Source: a virus (lineage: Duplodnaviria > Caudoviricetes). From it: a stretch of 64,000 bases of DNA. Made by a program: the position numbers and the translations under genes. A model generated the notes under the pieces. The model saw only the letters and a list, made by a program, of their open reading frames with translations. It did not search any database and was not told where the DNA came from. This document shows, piece by piece, positions 51,245 to 61,895 of the stretch. The stretch is from positions 1-64,000 of IMG/VR virus record IMGVR_UViG_3300017655_000001, one strand, 5' to 3'. Within the stretch, counting starts at the first letter, position 1, and each line of letters begins with the position of its first letter.

Positions 51245-51870
51245 CAATTCCAACACAAGCGGACATTAAAAAGAGGAAGACAAACCGAGATAAGCTAGCA
51301 AAGAAAATCACCGATGATGGTCATCTAAAAGAGCAAGAGTTAGTTCGTATCGTTCGCAAGGCTATCGACTCTGCATGGATGACAGCAGCACATAAGTTAG
51401 TCTTCCTAGAAGATAGGGTCGTTCCTGATATGGATGATTCAACTAGAACCAAATGGCTTATTCAGTGTAACATCTGTAAAGGAATGTTCAAGCTGACAGA
51501 CGTAAACGTCGATCATCGTATTGGTGAGTTTCCTTGTACAAATCGTGAGGAATTTCAATCTTACTTGTTGTCAAGGCTTGATGTAGGGTTTGATGATTTG
51601 CAGGTTTTGTGTGTTGATATTCCTAAGAAAAACCACATTGGGTGCCATCAAATCAAGACTCTTGGGGAACGATTCGGTTTGAGTTTTGAGGATGCAAAGG
51701 TTGAAAAACAAGTGATTGAAATCATGAAGAAAAAAGCTTCTGAAACCGATGCATGGTTGCTTGACAAAGGTGTGAAAGTAAGCAAAAATAAGGATGCTAG
51801 GCGTGATGCAGTGAGAGAGATTATTAGACAAGAGTCTTTGACTCAAGCGGAGAAAGAGAATGAACGATAA
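51241..51870 (+). CDS. Endonuclease (His-Me finger)
   Basis: QCNICK...VNVDH...DLQVLC...GCHQIKT. Confidence 0.75.
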   Translation: MTIPTQADIKKRKTNRDKLAKKITDDGHLKEQELVRIVRKAIDSAWMTAAHKLVFLEDRVVPDMDDSTRTKWLIQCNICKGMFKLTDVNVDHRIGEFPCTNREEFQSYLLSRLDVGFDDLQVLCVDIPKKNHIGCHQIKTLGERFGLSFEDAKVEKQVIEIMKKKASETDAWLLDKGVKVSKNKDARRDAVREIIRQESLTQAEKENER

Positions 51871-52698
51871 AATCACTAAACAACACATTTACTCAGAACT
51901 AGTTATCCGTCTTGATAAGCTGGAATACATGCTTGAGAAAGTTCTAACTTCTTTGGAAAGTAAGACTGTTAATAATGTTTCTGTATCAGTAACTGGAGAT
52001 TGCTCACCTGATGCAATTGCAGATGAAATAGGGAAGATTATGATTTGTACTGCTTGCATGCTTGGTGGAGATAGAGAACACTCTAAAGAATATTGCTCTA
52101 AGCGACCACCACAATGGCCTAATGAATCATATATCGATTACATGAAACGTATTGGTGAACTAAACACTGCACAATCAGACGAAGAAGCTTTCAGAGAGGA
52201 ATGTAAATGAAGACTTATGAATTCAAACTCACAATTCACGAAGGTAATGATGAATTTTGGGAAGAACTTGAAAACAAGTCTGGTTGTGATGAGGTAAAGG
52301 AATTACTTCTTTCAATGCTTGCTGAGTTCGGATTTTATGATGACAACTCTTCTCTTACACTTACCAAGTTTACGGAGGAATAAATGAATTATTGGACAGC
52401 TTATTTTACAGCGTCATTTATTGAATATTCAACTTTCTTCTATGTATTCACAAATCAATTGGGAATCTAGACCATGAAAGATGATAAAGTGATATCACTT
52501 TTCCCGACCAAAGATAAGAAATTCTTGAATGTTGAGAAGTTGAATGATGTGGATATTCAGAAATTTCTAGATATTCTTGATGAGAGTTTAGAAAGCTTCA
52601 TGACGATGTCGCCACATGAGAAATATAATCTTTATGCTAGCTTGGTAGGCTTTACGCACACAAGTCTTGGTATTTATATTAAAGGAGAGAAGGTTTGA
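51860..52698 (+). other. Hypothetical CDS 51860, a <60-aa ORF and 52474
   Basis: ORF track and direct reading. Confidence 0.65.
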
Positions 52699-53615
52699 TT
52701 AGTAAAGAGTGGCATAACACAGCATTAGAACTACATGAACAAGGTTTGTCGGGACGTGCAATTGCAAACCTAATTGGTAAGTCTAAGACACAAGTAAATG
52801 ATTTCTTTAAGTTTGTAAGTGAAAAGAAAGAGCAGCAAGCTGAGAAGAGAGGTCCACGTATTCTTCTTTATGATATTGAGACTGCACCCTTGAAAGCCCA
52901 CCTATGGTCAATGTGGCAACAAGGGGTAGGTCTTAATCAGATTGAAAGTGACTGGCATCTGCTGTCATTTTGTGCTAAATGGCTTGGAGAAGATGAGATT
53001 TTCTATTATGACCAAAGAAATGCCGAACATATTGAAGACGACCGAGAGATTCTTGGGTATCTTTGGGAATTATTAAATCAAGCAGATGTTGTAATCGGAC
53101 AGAATAGTAAGAAATTTGATACCCGCAAGGTTAACTCCAGGTTCATTTTGAATGGATTCCCCAAGCCCTCTACTTTCCGACAGATCGACACAATGGAAAT
53201 TGCTAAGCAGGAGTTTGGGTTTACATCTAATCGCTTGGAATACATGACTGATAAACTTTGCACCAATCATAAGAAGAGTAAACACAAGAAATTCCATGGT
53301 CATGAATTGTGGTCAGAGTGTTTAAAAGGTAATATGGAAGCTTGGGAAGAAATGGAATCGTACAATCGGGACGATGTCTTGTCTCTTGAAGAGCTTTATA
53401 ATATCCTCAGTTCATGGTCTAGTAAGCTCCCTAATTTTGATATTTATGTGGATGAATTACTGGATATGAGTGAATGGGAAAAGGATGGATTCCACTACAC
53501 TAATTTTGGTAAATATCAGAAATATCGTAACAAAAAGACTGGCGTTCAGCGCAGAAGCCGTGTAAACTTACTTTCTAAAGAAAAGCGGGAAAGTTTGCTA
53601 GTCAATATTGTTTAA
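52695..53615 (+). CDS. RNase H-like (DEDD) 3'-5' exonuclease with N-terminal HTH
   Basis: LLYDIETAP, GQNSKKFD, QIDTME, SNRLEY and YNRDDV; N-terminal GLSGRAIANLIGKSKTQV. Confidence 0.82.
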   Translation: MISKEWHNTALELHEQGLSGRAIANLIGKSKTQVNDFFKFVSEKKEQQAEKRGPRILLYDIETAPLKAHLWSMWQQGVGLNQIESDWHLLSFCAKWLGEDEIFYYDQRNAEHIEDDREILGYLWELLNQADVVIGQNSKKFDTRKVNSRFILNGFPKPSTFRQIDTMEIAKQEFGFTSNRLEYMTDKLCTNHKKSKHKKFHGHELWSECLKGNMEAWEEMESYNRDDVLSLEELYNILSSWSSKLPNFDIYVDELLDMSEWEKDGFHYTNFGKYQKYRNKKTGVQRRSRVNLLSKEKRESLLVNIV

Positions 53616-53624
53616 GGGGTAAAT

Positions 53625-54299
53625 ATGAAAGTCGGAGACACTGTTAAACTAAAGCCTGCAATGTGGCAGGGAATTAAACCAGAGAGTTATGGTCTTAGCT
53701 TTACTGGAGAGTATATTATTGACCGGTATGTAAGTGGCGACTATCCAAATATCTGGTTAAAGGGGTTTAGTGGGATCTGGGATGTTGAAGCTTTTCAAGT
53801 TGTAATTAAAGAAAAGGAGAAAGATTTGGGATCTAAATTTAAAGCAGGTGATGTTGTCTATCTTTCCCAGTCCGCAATCGATCAATTTTCACCTAACGAT
53901 TGGGGTAAATATCACCTGCCACTAGCTTTGTATAACGGAGCTAAAGGTGTTGTTGAGCTAGTTGAAAAACTGGGACACGAAGAAAGTGCCCGTGTTCATG
54001 TTAACATTGTAGGTTATGGTCATTGCTTCTTTATGGAGGAAGATTTAGAGCTGACTCCCATTAAAGAGGTTCTTCGGGATGCAGTACATAGTCCTAAACA
54101 CTACGCTGTCTTTGCTGATGTGGAAGCAATTGAAATCATTGCTCGTTCAATGACAAAGGAAATGTTTAAAGGTTATTGCTTTGGTAATCTGTTGAAGTAT
54201 CGACTTCGTGCTGGTAATAAAGACGATGTTAAACAAGAGTTGGGTAAAGCTGATAAATACAAAGAGCTTTATGAAAAGTACAAGGATCTTTGCCAATGA
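53625..54299 (+). CDS. DUF3310-like domain protein with two N-terminal SH3-like repeats
   Basis: VHSPKHY...EAIEII...GYCFGNLLKYRLRAG.K; repeats KVGDTV and KAGDVV. Confidence 0.7.
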   Translation: MKVGDTVKLKPAMWQGIKPESYGLSFTGEYIIDRYVSGDYPNIWLKGFSGIWDVEAFQVVIKEKEKDLGSKFKAGDVVYLSQSAIDQFSPNDWGKYHLPLALYNGAKGVVELVEKLGHEESARVHVNIVGYGHCFFMEEDLELTPIKEVLRDAVHSPKHYAVFADVEAIEIIARSMTKEMFKGYCFGNLLKYRLRAGNKDDVKQELGKADKYKELYEKYKDLCQ

Positions 54300-54730
54300 G
54301 ATTAATTGCTGTTGACGTAGACGGGGTTGTGGTTGATACCCACAGCCTCTACAAAGAAGCTTCAAAACACTTAGAAGATCCTCTTGATTTCTGGCGTTCT
54401 GAGGATCTTTATGATAATCTTGAACCTATGCCCGATGCTGTAGAAAAGCTTGAACAACTCAGTCAGTATTTTGGTATTGTGTTCGTAAGCCGTTTGAAAG
54501 GGAATCATCACCGCTCTAAAGTGTATTTCTGTAAGAAATGGTTTCCTTTCATGCAGGGCTTTATTGGTAGTCACGAAAAATGGTTGATGAATGATTCTGT
54601 TGTTGCTATGATTGATGACCTAGAGTCAAATCTAATAAAGTTTGATGCGCATAAACGAGTTTTGTTTGGCGTTGATGTTAAAGATTGGGAAGACTTCAAT
54701 GTGAAGGCTTTCTGTGATGAATATCTATAA
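54290..54730 (+). CDS. HAD-family 5'(3')-deoxyribonucleotidase-like protein
   Basis: IAVDVDGVVVD, LEPMPDA and MIDD. Confidence 0.8.
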   Translation: MPMRLIAVDVDGVVVDTHSLYKEASKHLEDPLDFWRSEDLYDNLEPMPDAVEKLEQLSQYFGIVFVSRLKGNHHRSKVYFCKKWFPFMQGFIGSHEKWLMNDSVVAMIDDLESNLIKFDAHKRVLFGVDVKDWEDFNVKAFCDEYL

Positions 54731-54747
54731 TTAAATAAGGAAAACAA

Positions 54748-55242
54748 GTGAACAATCTGCAAGACTTCTACAATCAAATTATCGACTGGAATAAAAAGGC
54801 TGGTGTGAAAGACCACGAATTTGGTACATTAGACTGGGAACGTGCTGTTGAGCTTCAATCGAAGCTGCTTGTAGAAGAAGCAAATGAAACAATTTCTGCA
54901 ATCACTCATGGACATATGATTGAATTACTTGACGGTGCAGTAGACACCTTCGTAATTCTTTCTAAACTGTTTGATATGCTAGAGAAAGCTGGATTTGATG
55001 TTGAAGGAGCAATTCAGCAAATCATTGACAACAATCAAAAGAAAGTATTTAACTCTTTCTATGAGGCTTGTGATGCTAAGGAGAAGCTTGAAGCTCGTGA
55101 TGATAAAGAGTATTATGTAGAAACTGCAACACTAAACGGTCTAGCTTTCTATACGGTACGTCGAGAAGATGGTAAGATTGCAAAGCCTGTTGATTTTGTT
55201 GCTGTTGAATTGAATGAGTTTGTACCAAAGGAGAGTTATTAA
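54748..55242 (+). CDS. MazG-like NTP pyrophosphohydrolase
   Basis: LLVEEANET...ELLDGAVDT...N..K...RREDGKIAKP. Confidence 0.75.
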   Translation: MNNLQDFYNQIIDWNKKAGVKDHEFGTLDWERAVELQSKLLVEEANETISAITHGHMIELLDGAVDTFVILSKLFDMLEKAGFDVEGAIQQIIDNNQKKVFNSFYEACDAKEKLEARDDKEYYVETATLNGLAFYTVRREDGKIAKPVDFVAVELNEFVPKESY

Positions 55243-55853
55243 TGAGCCAGATTAAAGTAGAAGTGCTAGATTCGATGGGAAATGACCTTGCTGTTGTTCA
55301 AGCAGCACTTTTGTCTAAGGTTTCTCGTAGGTGTTTGGAGTCTTTAAGTCGGGGATACTACGTCACCGATGAAGGTGAAGTATTCGGCCCAAAGGGTAAG
55401 CTTTCGCTTAACTCCAAGAATCAAAACGGTTATCCTATGTATTCAACTAATTGGGAGGGGGAAGTTTTTGGTGTGCCTATGCACAAGTTGGCAGCAGTGT
55501 GTTTTTATGGAGCCAAAGTTTTTGAAGAAGGTGTCCATGTTCGTCACCTAGACGGAGATAAGTTTAATCTAAGTAAAACTAACATCGTTCTTGGTACAGC
55601 ATCTGAAAATGAACTCGATAAACCTGAAGAGCAACGTTCAGCTACAGCTAAAATTGCAAGAGCTGCTCAAGGGTTCACACCAACCAACGCTAAGCTTACA
55701 CCAGAACAAGTATTAGAGGTAAGAGACTTTTATAAAAGTCTCGACGGTAAAAAGGCTGGGAACGGAGTAGTAAAAGCTTTATGTGAGAAGTTGGGTGTTT
55801 CTCGAACAGTACTGTGTAACATTAAGAATGGGGAGTATTATACAAATGTCTAA
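55242..55853 (+). CDS. HNH endonuclease fused behind a ThyX-like N-terminal peptide
   Basis: MHKLAA...HVRHLDGDKFNLSKTNIVLGT.SEN..D. The first 22 aa resemble the ThyX start. Confidence 0.88.
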   Translation: MSQIKVEVLDSMGNDLAVVQAALLSKVSRRCLESLSRGYYVTDEGEVFGPKGKLSLNSKNQNGYPMYSTNWEGEVFGVPMHKLAAVCFYGAKVFEEGVHVRHLDGDKFNLSKTNIVLGTASENELDKPEEQRSATAKIARAAQGFTPTNAKLTPEQVLEVRDFYKSLDGKKAGNGVVKALCEKLGVSRTVLCNIKNGEYYTNV

Positions 55854-56583
55854 GATTAAAGTTGAACTTGTGGATTATTGTGGATCTGACTTGAGTGTAT
55901 GCAACGCTGCGAGGACTTCTTTTGATAAGGAAAGTGATTGGGAAGAGCGAATCAGCATCCTTACTACGAAATGGGAAGAACGTGACCTGTGGTTAAGCAC
56001 CCATCAAGAAAAGGACGGTTGTTATGTCAAACTAAAAGAGTCAGATGTAAAACTGATTAATTACCTTGCATCACACAAACATTACTCACCATTTAATCAC
56101 AGCTTTATTAGCGTTCGCGTAAAGGCTCCTGTATTTGTTGCACGACAGCTTGTTAAACACAAATTTATGCCTTGGAATGAAGTAAGCCGTCGTTATGTGA
56201 AAGATAAGCCAGAGTTCTACCGGCCAGATTCTTGGCGTATGGCTGCGGATAATGTAAAACAAGGCTCTGCTGGTGATGCGGAAGAGTTGTTGAACTCCCA
56301 AGCAATGGTAATCCTCTCAAGTAACAATCTTGATGCACTTGAAAAGTATGACTGGTTGATTGAGAAAGGTATTTGTGCTGAAGAAGCCCGTATGATTCTT
56401 CCTCAAAATATGATGACGACTTGGGTTTGGAGTGGAACACTGGGAGCTTTCTGTGACATGCTTAAGCTTCGTCTTGATCCACACACTCAATATGAGACAC
56501 GGCTAGTCGCACAAGAAGTTGCAAAGATTGTTGAAGAGCTGTTCCCTGTTTCTTGGCAAGCTCTAGTAGGAGAAGTAAAATGA
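55846..56583 (+). CDS. thyX: Flavin-dependent thymidylate synthase
   Basis: HYSPFNH, PVFVARQLVKH...WNEVSRRY, EEARMILPQ and LRLDPHTQYE. True start is ATG 55846 (GGAG RBS). Confidence 0.94.
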   Translation: MSKIKVELVDYCGSDLSVCNAARTSFDKESDWEERISILTTKWEERDLWLSTHQEKDGCYVKLKESDVKLINYLASHKHYSPFNHSFISVRVKAPVFVARQLVKHKFMPWNEVSRRYVKDKPEFYRPDSWRMAADNVKQGSAGDAEELLNSQAMVILSSNNLDALEKYDWLIEKGICAEEARMILPQNMMTTWVWSGTLGAFCDMLKLRLDPHTQYETRLVAQEVAKIVEELFPVSWQALVGEVK

Positions 56584-57178
56584 AAGAAGTAGATTACAGC
56601 TTTTGTGGTTACCTAGATGAATTGTGGAACCTTTATCAAGTACGTGGCGGATTTACTAGCGCAAATGCCGCTAGGCACATTATGGATATTCGTGAAGAAA
56701 TCTACGTATCTTGGCTTGAAGATCAACCAGCACAAGAATTTTATCTAGAAGATGCGGTATGGGACGATGAAGAATGAGTGAAATTGCACGTAACATTAGC
56801 TTCTACCTGCTAATGCAAGACAAAGAAGCTAAAGCAGTAATTGAATCTGGTGATGAAAAGAAGTTTAAAGATATTCTATACAAATGGGGTTGTGATGTTT
56901 ACAACCAACCTTACGAAGTAGTGTCTTGTGAGCATCGACCAGTAGAAGGTAAACCATTTGTGTTCAATGGCCCTTTGGTTGTAAGCAGTGAACGTCTCGA
57001 TTCTGAATGGCTTGCAAGTGGCTTTGCATCATTCAATGCTAAAGTAGCAAGTACTGGCGATATTGGGCTTAAACTACAGCTTGAACAGATGAGTAAACAA
57101 GGTAGTAGTGAGAAAGCGTTTACATCGAAATCAGCAGGAAAACGTGCAGTAAAAGAAGAAAAACATAAGGAGATTTAA
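56581..57178 (+). other. Two hypothetical CDS (about 56581-56777, 56774-57178)
   Basis: Coupled ORFs between thyX and nrdA. Confidence 0.7.
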
Positions 57179-59353
57179 GTGAAAGTAACAAAGCGTGACG
57201 GTAGTTTAGAGAATTTTGAAGTAGAGAAAATTAAACAAGTTGTGGAATGGGCATGTGAGGGTTTGGATGCTAACCCTCTAGCTCTTGAGTCTAAGTTTGA
57301 TGAATTTCTTTATGATGGTATCAGCACTACAACCCTACAGCAAAATCTGATTGAGCATTCTAAAGCTCTTGTGTCGCCCCAAGAATCTGATTGGGTGTTT
57401 GTAGCTGGTCGCCTAAAGACTATGAATCGCTGGGCAGATACTCGGTCTTATAACATCAGCTTTAAAGAGTTTGTTAAGGAACAAGTAGAACTTGGGGTTT
57501 GGAAGCATCCTGCATTCACCTCATATTCTGACGAAGAACTTGATGAAATTGATACATGGATTGATGAGTCCTATGACCTTAATCATTCATACGCTTCTGT
57601 AGTAACAGCAGAGAGTAAGTATCTGATGCAGAATGAATGCCTACAGCATATGTTTGCAGGCGAAGCTATGATCCTTGCTTATGTAGAGAAGAAAGAAGAT
57701 AGAATGAAGTGGTGTAAAGTCTTCTTTGATAAGATCCGTATTCGTCGGCAAAGCTTAGCTAGTCCATGGCTTTCGAACCTACGGGCTAATGGTAACATTA
57801 GTAGCTGCTTTATTATTGCTCCAAAAGATGATTTATCAAGCATTTTTGACAACAATAAGAACGCTGCGATGATTAGTAAGGCTGGGGGTGGTCTTGGTTA
57901 TTATCTCGGTTTCTTGCGTGCTGCTGGCTCTGATTTGATGGGCAATAAAGGAGCTGCAACTGGTGTTATTGGTTGGGTGAAGATTCTTAACGACATTGCT
58001 GTGTTTGTAAACCAAGGCGGTAAACGTGCAGGTGCCATCACTCCAGCACTTCCCGTTTGGCATGCAGACATTTCAGAGTTCCTTGATCTTCAAACTGAAG
58101 CTGGCGATCAGCGACGTAAGGCACATGATGTAATGCTCCAAGTTTGCGTTCCTGATAAATTCATGGAACTGAAAGACGATCCTCTTGCTACATGGTACAC
58201 TTTCTGTCCTTATGAAGTTAAACAAAAACTAGATATTGATTTACCTGAGTGTTACGATGTTCAGTTTGAAGAAGCTTACAACACTTGCGTAGAAGCTGCT
58301 GATCGTGGATTGCTGAAGGTAGTTCGTAAGTACAATGCGAAAGAATTGTTTAAGAAACTGATGAAAGTAGCTTTTGAAACTGGTCTCCCTTATCTTGCAT
58401 TTACTGATGAAATTAACCGTAATAACCCAAACAAACACGAAGGTAATATCTATTGCGTTAACCTGTGTGTTGAATCGTTTAGTGTCATGAAGCCAGATGA
58501 GTACGCACACACTTGCAACTTACTGTCCTTGGTTACTGGGCGTATTCCGATGGAAGAACTTTCAAACGAAGCTGAAGTTGCTGTACGAATGCTGGACAAT
58601 GGTATTGAATTAACAGCGCCTCCCGTGAAGGAAAGTGCTAATCACAACTCCCGTTATCGTACAGTTGGCGTAGGAATTTTAGGTCTTCACGACATCATTG
58701 CACGAGAAGGTGTATCATTCCTGAACACTAAGTTTGTAACTGAAGTTGCAGAAAGGATTATGTATGGTTGTGTGAAAGGTAGTATTGAACTGGCTAAAGA
58801 GCGTGGTCCATATCCTGCCTTCAAAGGTAGTATGTGGGATACAGGAGAGATGATTTCCAAGTTCAATAAAGAGAGTGTTTGTGATGATTTAGACTGGCTT
58901 GCGTTGCAGAAAGAGATTGACCAGTACGGTATTCGTAATAGTCAAATGACGAGCCCAGCGCCTAATACTACAACTGCTTTGTTTATGGATGCTGGTCCTA
59001 GCTGGACCCCTGTATATTCAGCAATGTACTTTGAAGATAATAAAGATGGTCCTATGCCCGTAGTTGCAATGTATTTGAAAGATAATCCTCTTTCTTACGC
59101 ACGTAACGTTACTAAGTACAAACCGTGGGAACTTACCTCTGTTGTATCCGCATTGCAGAAGTTTACAGATACTGGTATTAGTGCTGAGTATCTGATGGAT
59201 AAGAACCAAGAAGGCTTTAAGGCTAAGTGGTTGTGGGATACTTGGGATCAGGCTTGGAAAAAGAAAACAAAGGCTGTATACTATATCCGAACCATCAAGA
59301 AAGGTGAGGAACTTGTTAAAGATAATGGTGCTTGTGTTGGTTGCGCTGGATAA
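57179..59353 (+). CDS. nrdA: Ribonucleotide reductase class Ia alpha subunit
   Basis: ATP cone MKVTKRDG, ISSCF, NQGGKRAG, NLCVE, CNL, APNTTT and KAVYYIR. Confidence 0.96.
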   Translation: MKVTKRDGSLENFEVEKIKQVVEWACEGLDANPLALESKFDEFLYDGISTTTLQQNLIEHSKALVSPQESDWVFVAGRLKTMNRWADTRSYNISFKEFVKEQVELGVWKHPAFTSYSDEELDEIDTWIDESYDLNHSYASVVTAESKYLMQNECLQHMFAGEAMILAYVEKKEDRMKWCKVFFDKIRIRRQSLASPWLSNLRANGNISSCFIIAPKDDLSSIFDNNKNAAMISKAGGGLGYYLGFLRAAGSDLMGNKGAATGVIGWVKILNDIAVFVNQGGKRAGAITPALPVWHADISEFLDLQTEAGDQRRKAHDVMLQVCVPDKFMELKDDPLATWYTFCPYEVKQKLDIDLPECYDVQFEEAYNTCVEAADRGLLKVVRKYNAKELFKKLMKVAFETGLPYLAFTDEINRNNPNKHEGNIYCVNLCVESFSVMKPDEYAHTCNLLSLVTGRIPMEELSNEAEVAVRMLDNGIELTAPPVKESANHNSRYRTVGVGILGLHDIIAREGVSFLNTKFVTEVAERIMYGCVKGSIELAKERGPYPAFKGSMWDTGEMISKFNKESVCDDLDWLALQKEIDQYGIRNSQMTSPAPNTTTALFMDAGPSWTPVYSAMYFEDNKDGPMPVVAMYLKDNPLSYARNVTKYKPWELTSVVSALQKFTDTGISAEYLMDKNQEGFKAKWLWDTWDQAWKKKTKAVYYIRTIKKGEELVKDNGACVGCAG

Positions 59354-59364
59354 GGAGATTGATT

Positions 59365-60372
59365 TTGCTAGAACGTGTAAAACTTTTTAACGAGCTTGGA
59401 GGAGACTCGTTCTCCGACCAAGCTTTGTTTGGTGGTAATCCTACAGGTATTGCTAACCTTAACAACATTCGATATGGCTGGGTAAACCCTCTTTACCGCA
59501 CTATGGTGGGCAACTTCTGGCTTCCTCAAAAGGTAAGCTTAGTAGAAGACAAGATTAGCGTAAAAACACTTACAGAAGATGAAGACAAGGCAGTACGAGA
59601 TACACTATCCTTTCTTATCTTCCTTGACAGTTTCCAAGTAAACAACCTGCCAAATATTGCGGATTACGTTACTAACCCTGCTGTTAAGAATCTTCTCACT
59701 ATTCAAGCTTTCCAAGAAGTTATTCATAGTGAAACTTATCAGTATATTATGGAAGCTTTGTATCCAAGTGAAGATCGAGATGCTATTTATAACCGGTGGC
59801 GTAACAATGAAGCACTGAAACAGCGTAATAAGTTTGTAGCAAGTATTGCTGAAGAGTTCGCAGAACACAAGACAACTGAAAATCTTCATAAAATCTTGGT
59901 TGCTAACTTGGTGCTTGAAGGTGTTTATTTTTACCAAGGATTTAATCTGTTTGACCAGCTCGCACACCGAGGGAAGATTGTAGGTACGGCTAAAGAGATT
60001 GATTATATTCGCCGTGATGAGCTTACTCATGTAGGCTTGTTCATGAATATGATTAAAGAAGTTAAACCTTCTGTTGAAATCGTCCACTCTATTTTTGACG
60101 AAGGAGTGAAGCAAGAGATTGCTCACTGTAAAACAACCTACGGTAATCGTATTCTAGGTATCTCTGAAACCAGCAGCGAGAAGTATGTTAAATGGCTAGG
60201 TAATGATCGACTTGCTCGGATTGGATACCCTCCTTTGTACGAGAACGTAGAAGATCCCTATAAACATCTAACGCAGTCTAACAAGGAAGGCAATAAGAAA
60301 GAAAACTTCTTTGAAACGAGCGTCACCAGCTATGACATGGCTGATTCTGTGGATGGCTGGGATGAGCTATGA
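59365..60372 (+). CDS. nrdB: Ribonucleotide reductase class Ia beta subunit
   Basis: NFWLP, FQEVIHSETY, LEGVYFYQGF, RDELTH and NFFE....Y. Probable TTG start at 59365 after AGGAG. Confidence 0.95.
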   Translation: MLERVKLFNELGGDSFSDQALFGGNPTGIANLNNIRYGWVNPLYRTMVGNFWLPQKVSLVEDKISVKTLTEDEDKAVRDTLSFLIFLDSFQVNNLPNIADYVTNPAVKNLLTIQAFQEVIHSETYQYIMEALYPSEDRDAIYNRWRNNEALKQRNKFVASIAEEFAEHKTTENLHKILVANLVLEGVYFYQGFNLFDQLAHRGKIVGTAKEIDYIRRDELTHVGLFMNMIKEVKPSVEIVHSIFDEGVKQEIAHCKTTYGNRILGISETSSEKYVKWLGNDRLARIGYPPLYENVEDPYKHLTQSNKEGNKKENFFETSVTSYDMADSVDGWDEL

Positions 60373-60379
60373 AATCTGC

Positions 60380-60408
60380 TTGACACACCCTAAAATCTAA
60401 TCTATCAT
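60380..60408 (+). promoter_or_regulatory. Sigma70-like promoter
   Basis: TTGACA-17-TATCAT. Confidence 0.75.
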
Positions 60409-60462
60409 TGAGGCATGTTCTGAAAAGGACATTGCCTCTTTCTTTTTGTTTGGAGAAACGAA

Positions 60463-61421
60463 ATGATGAATGAACTCAACTTTTGGTCTGTGGTATTTCT
60501 AATCGTTGCTGTACCAACTGGTTTAGTCTATTGGTGGATGACCTCCTCTTGTGCTGAGCGAGGAGAGATGGAAGGGTACGCAATCACTAAAACTGTTGCT
60601 ACTAAATGCTATGGTAGCAATGACGGTAAAGATTGGCATAAAATTTGGTACTGAGGGCTACAGAAGTGACTTGGAACTACAGACTAGCTAAAAATAAAGA
60701 TGGATTTTATGGGATTGTTGAAGTATATTACGACAAGGAGGGAGAAGTGACAGCTTGGACACAAGATTTTATTGATCCAAATCATTGGGAAAACCCTGAA
60801 GATGTGAAGAACACATTACAAAAGATGTTAGAGGCTTTTGATAAACCTTTGTTTGAGGAGATTATTCGATGAAAATTATGACTAAGGTATTACTATCTTC
60901 GCTTGGCTTTGTAGTTCTGGGCGCTATTTTGATTTGCATTCCTAGTACAATGCCCGCCGGTATTGTTTCTCTTTGTGTGGGTACAGTCGGTTTTATGATG
61001 GCACCGCTGATCAGCATGGGAATTGAGGACTCAAAATGAGAGGAAATCCATTCGTAAATCTTGTTGCAATCCTTGTAATGCTTATCTCTATTCTTACAGC
61101 AGGGAAAGTGTGGATTGATTGGAAAGTTAGTAAAGGAGAACCTGTAAGGAAAGAGGTTGTTGTTCCTCAGAAACCTCAGTATGATAAAAGTAAATTTGAA
61201 ACAAGTGTGAAGGAAACTAAAGAATGATTATGAATTTTGACGAGATCGAGCGGAGAAGTATTAAAGAATTGAAACAGACAATGGAGCGGCTTACTGATCT
61301 TAATGGTAAAACTTACGACTACTACTTTAAAGTCTATCCCGGCTCAATCGGACCGACTATTAAATTTGTATGTGAAGAGCTTGACATAGAAAAAGATATC
61401 ACCAACTATAATAATTGGTAA
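60463..61421 (+). other. Five small CDS, several with TM segments (60463, 60645, about 60869, 61036, 61224)
   Basis: Coupled ORFs. Confidence 0.7.
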
Positions 61422-61438
61422 ATTCCAGACATAAAGAA

Positions 61439-61466
61439 AACGCCCAACCAATCAAGGAAGGGCGTT
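61439..61466. terminator. Probable bidirectional terminator at the convergent junction
   Basis: AACGCCC...GGGCGTT flanked by A/T runs. Confidence 0.6.
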
Positions 61467-61526
61467 CTAGGAAAGATGTTGGCTAACATCGAATATAGGG
61501 CTTTTAGGGCTTCTTGTATTTGTTCT

Positions 61527-61886
61527 TTACTTCTCAATATTAACTGTGTTATTGAGTAAGTTATTATTTATATTTTTCGGTTGACTCTTAAGGGTTTTAT
61601 TCTCAAGCTCTAAAGCTTTAACTTTCCCTTCTAAAATATCCTGCCTAGTTGACATACTAGACTGATAATCATCTACATTACGAGAAAGCCTGTTCAGGCG
61701 CCCTTCATAGTAGTTTAGGTTATCAGTCATAGATTTGTCTATCTGTTCTTTAAGAACATTGAATCCATTCTCAAAATCAAACGATTTGTTATTGTTTACA
61801 GAACCAGTCCAAAGGATAGTTGTCATAACAATTGCAAGGAGTAAGAAACTGAGGTCTACAAGTCTTTTGACAACTTCCCAAAACAT
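61527..61886 (-). CDS. Membrane-anchored coiled-coil protein in the lysis operon
   Basis: N-terminal TM followed by heptads. Confidence 0.7.
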   Translation of the reverse strand: MFWEVVKRLVDLSFLLLAIVMTTILWTGSVNNNKSFDFENGFNVLKEQIDKSMTDNLNYYEGRLNRLSRNVDDYQSSMSTRQDILEGKVKALELENKTLKSQPKNINNNLLNNTVNIEK

Positions 61887-61895
61887 ACCTACTCC

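Noticed and set aside
55242-55853. Group I intron in thyX encoding the HNH
   Set aside because: No P/Q/R/S core or flanking non-coding sequence, and downstream thyX has its own complete start.
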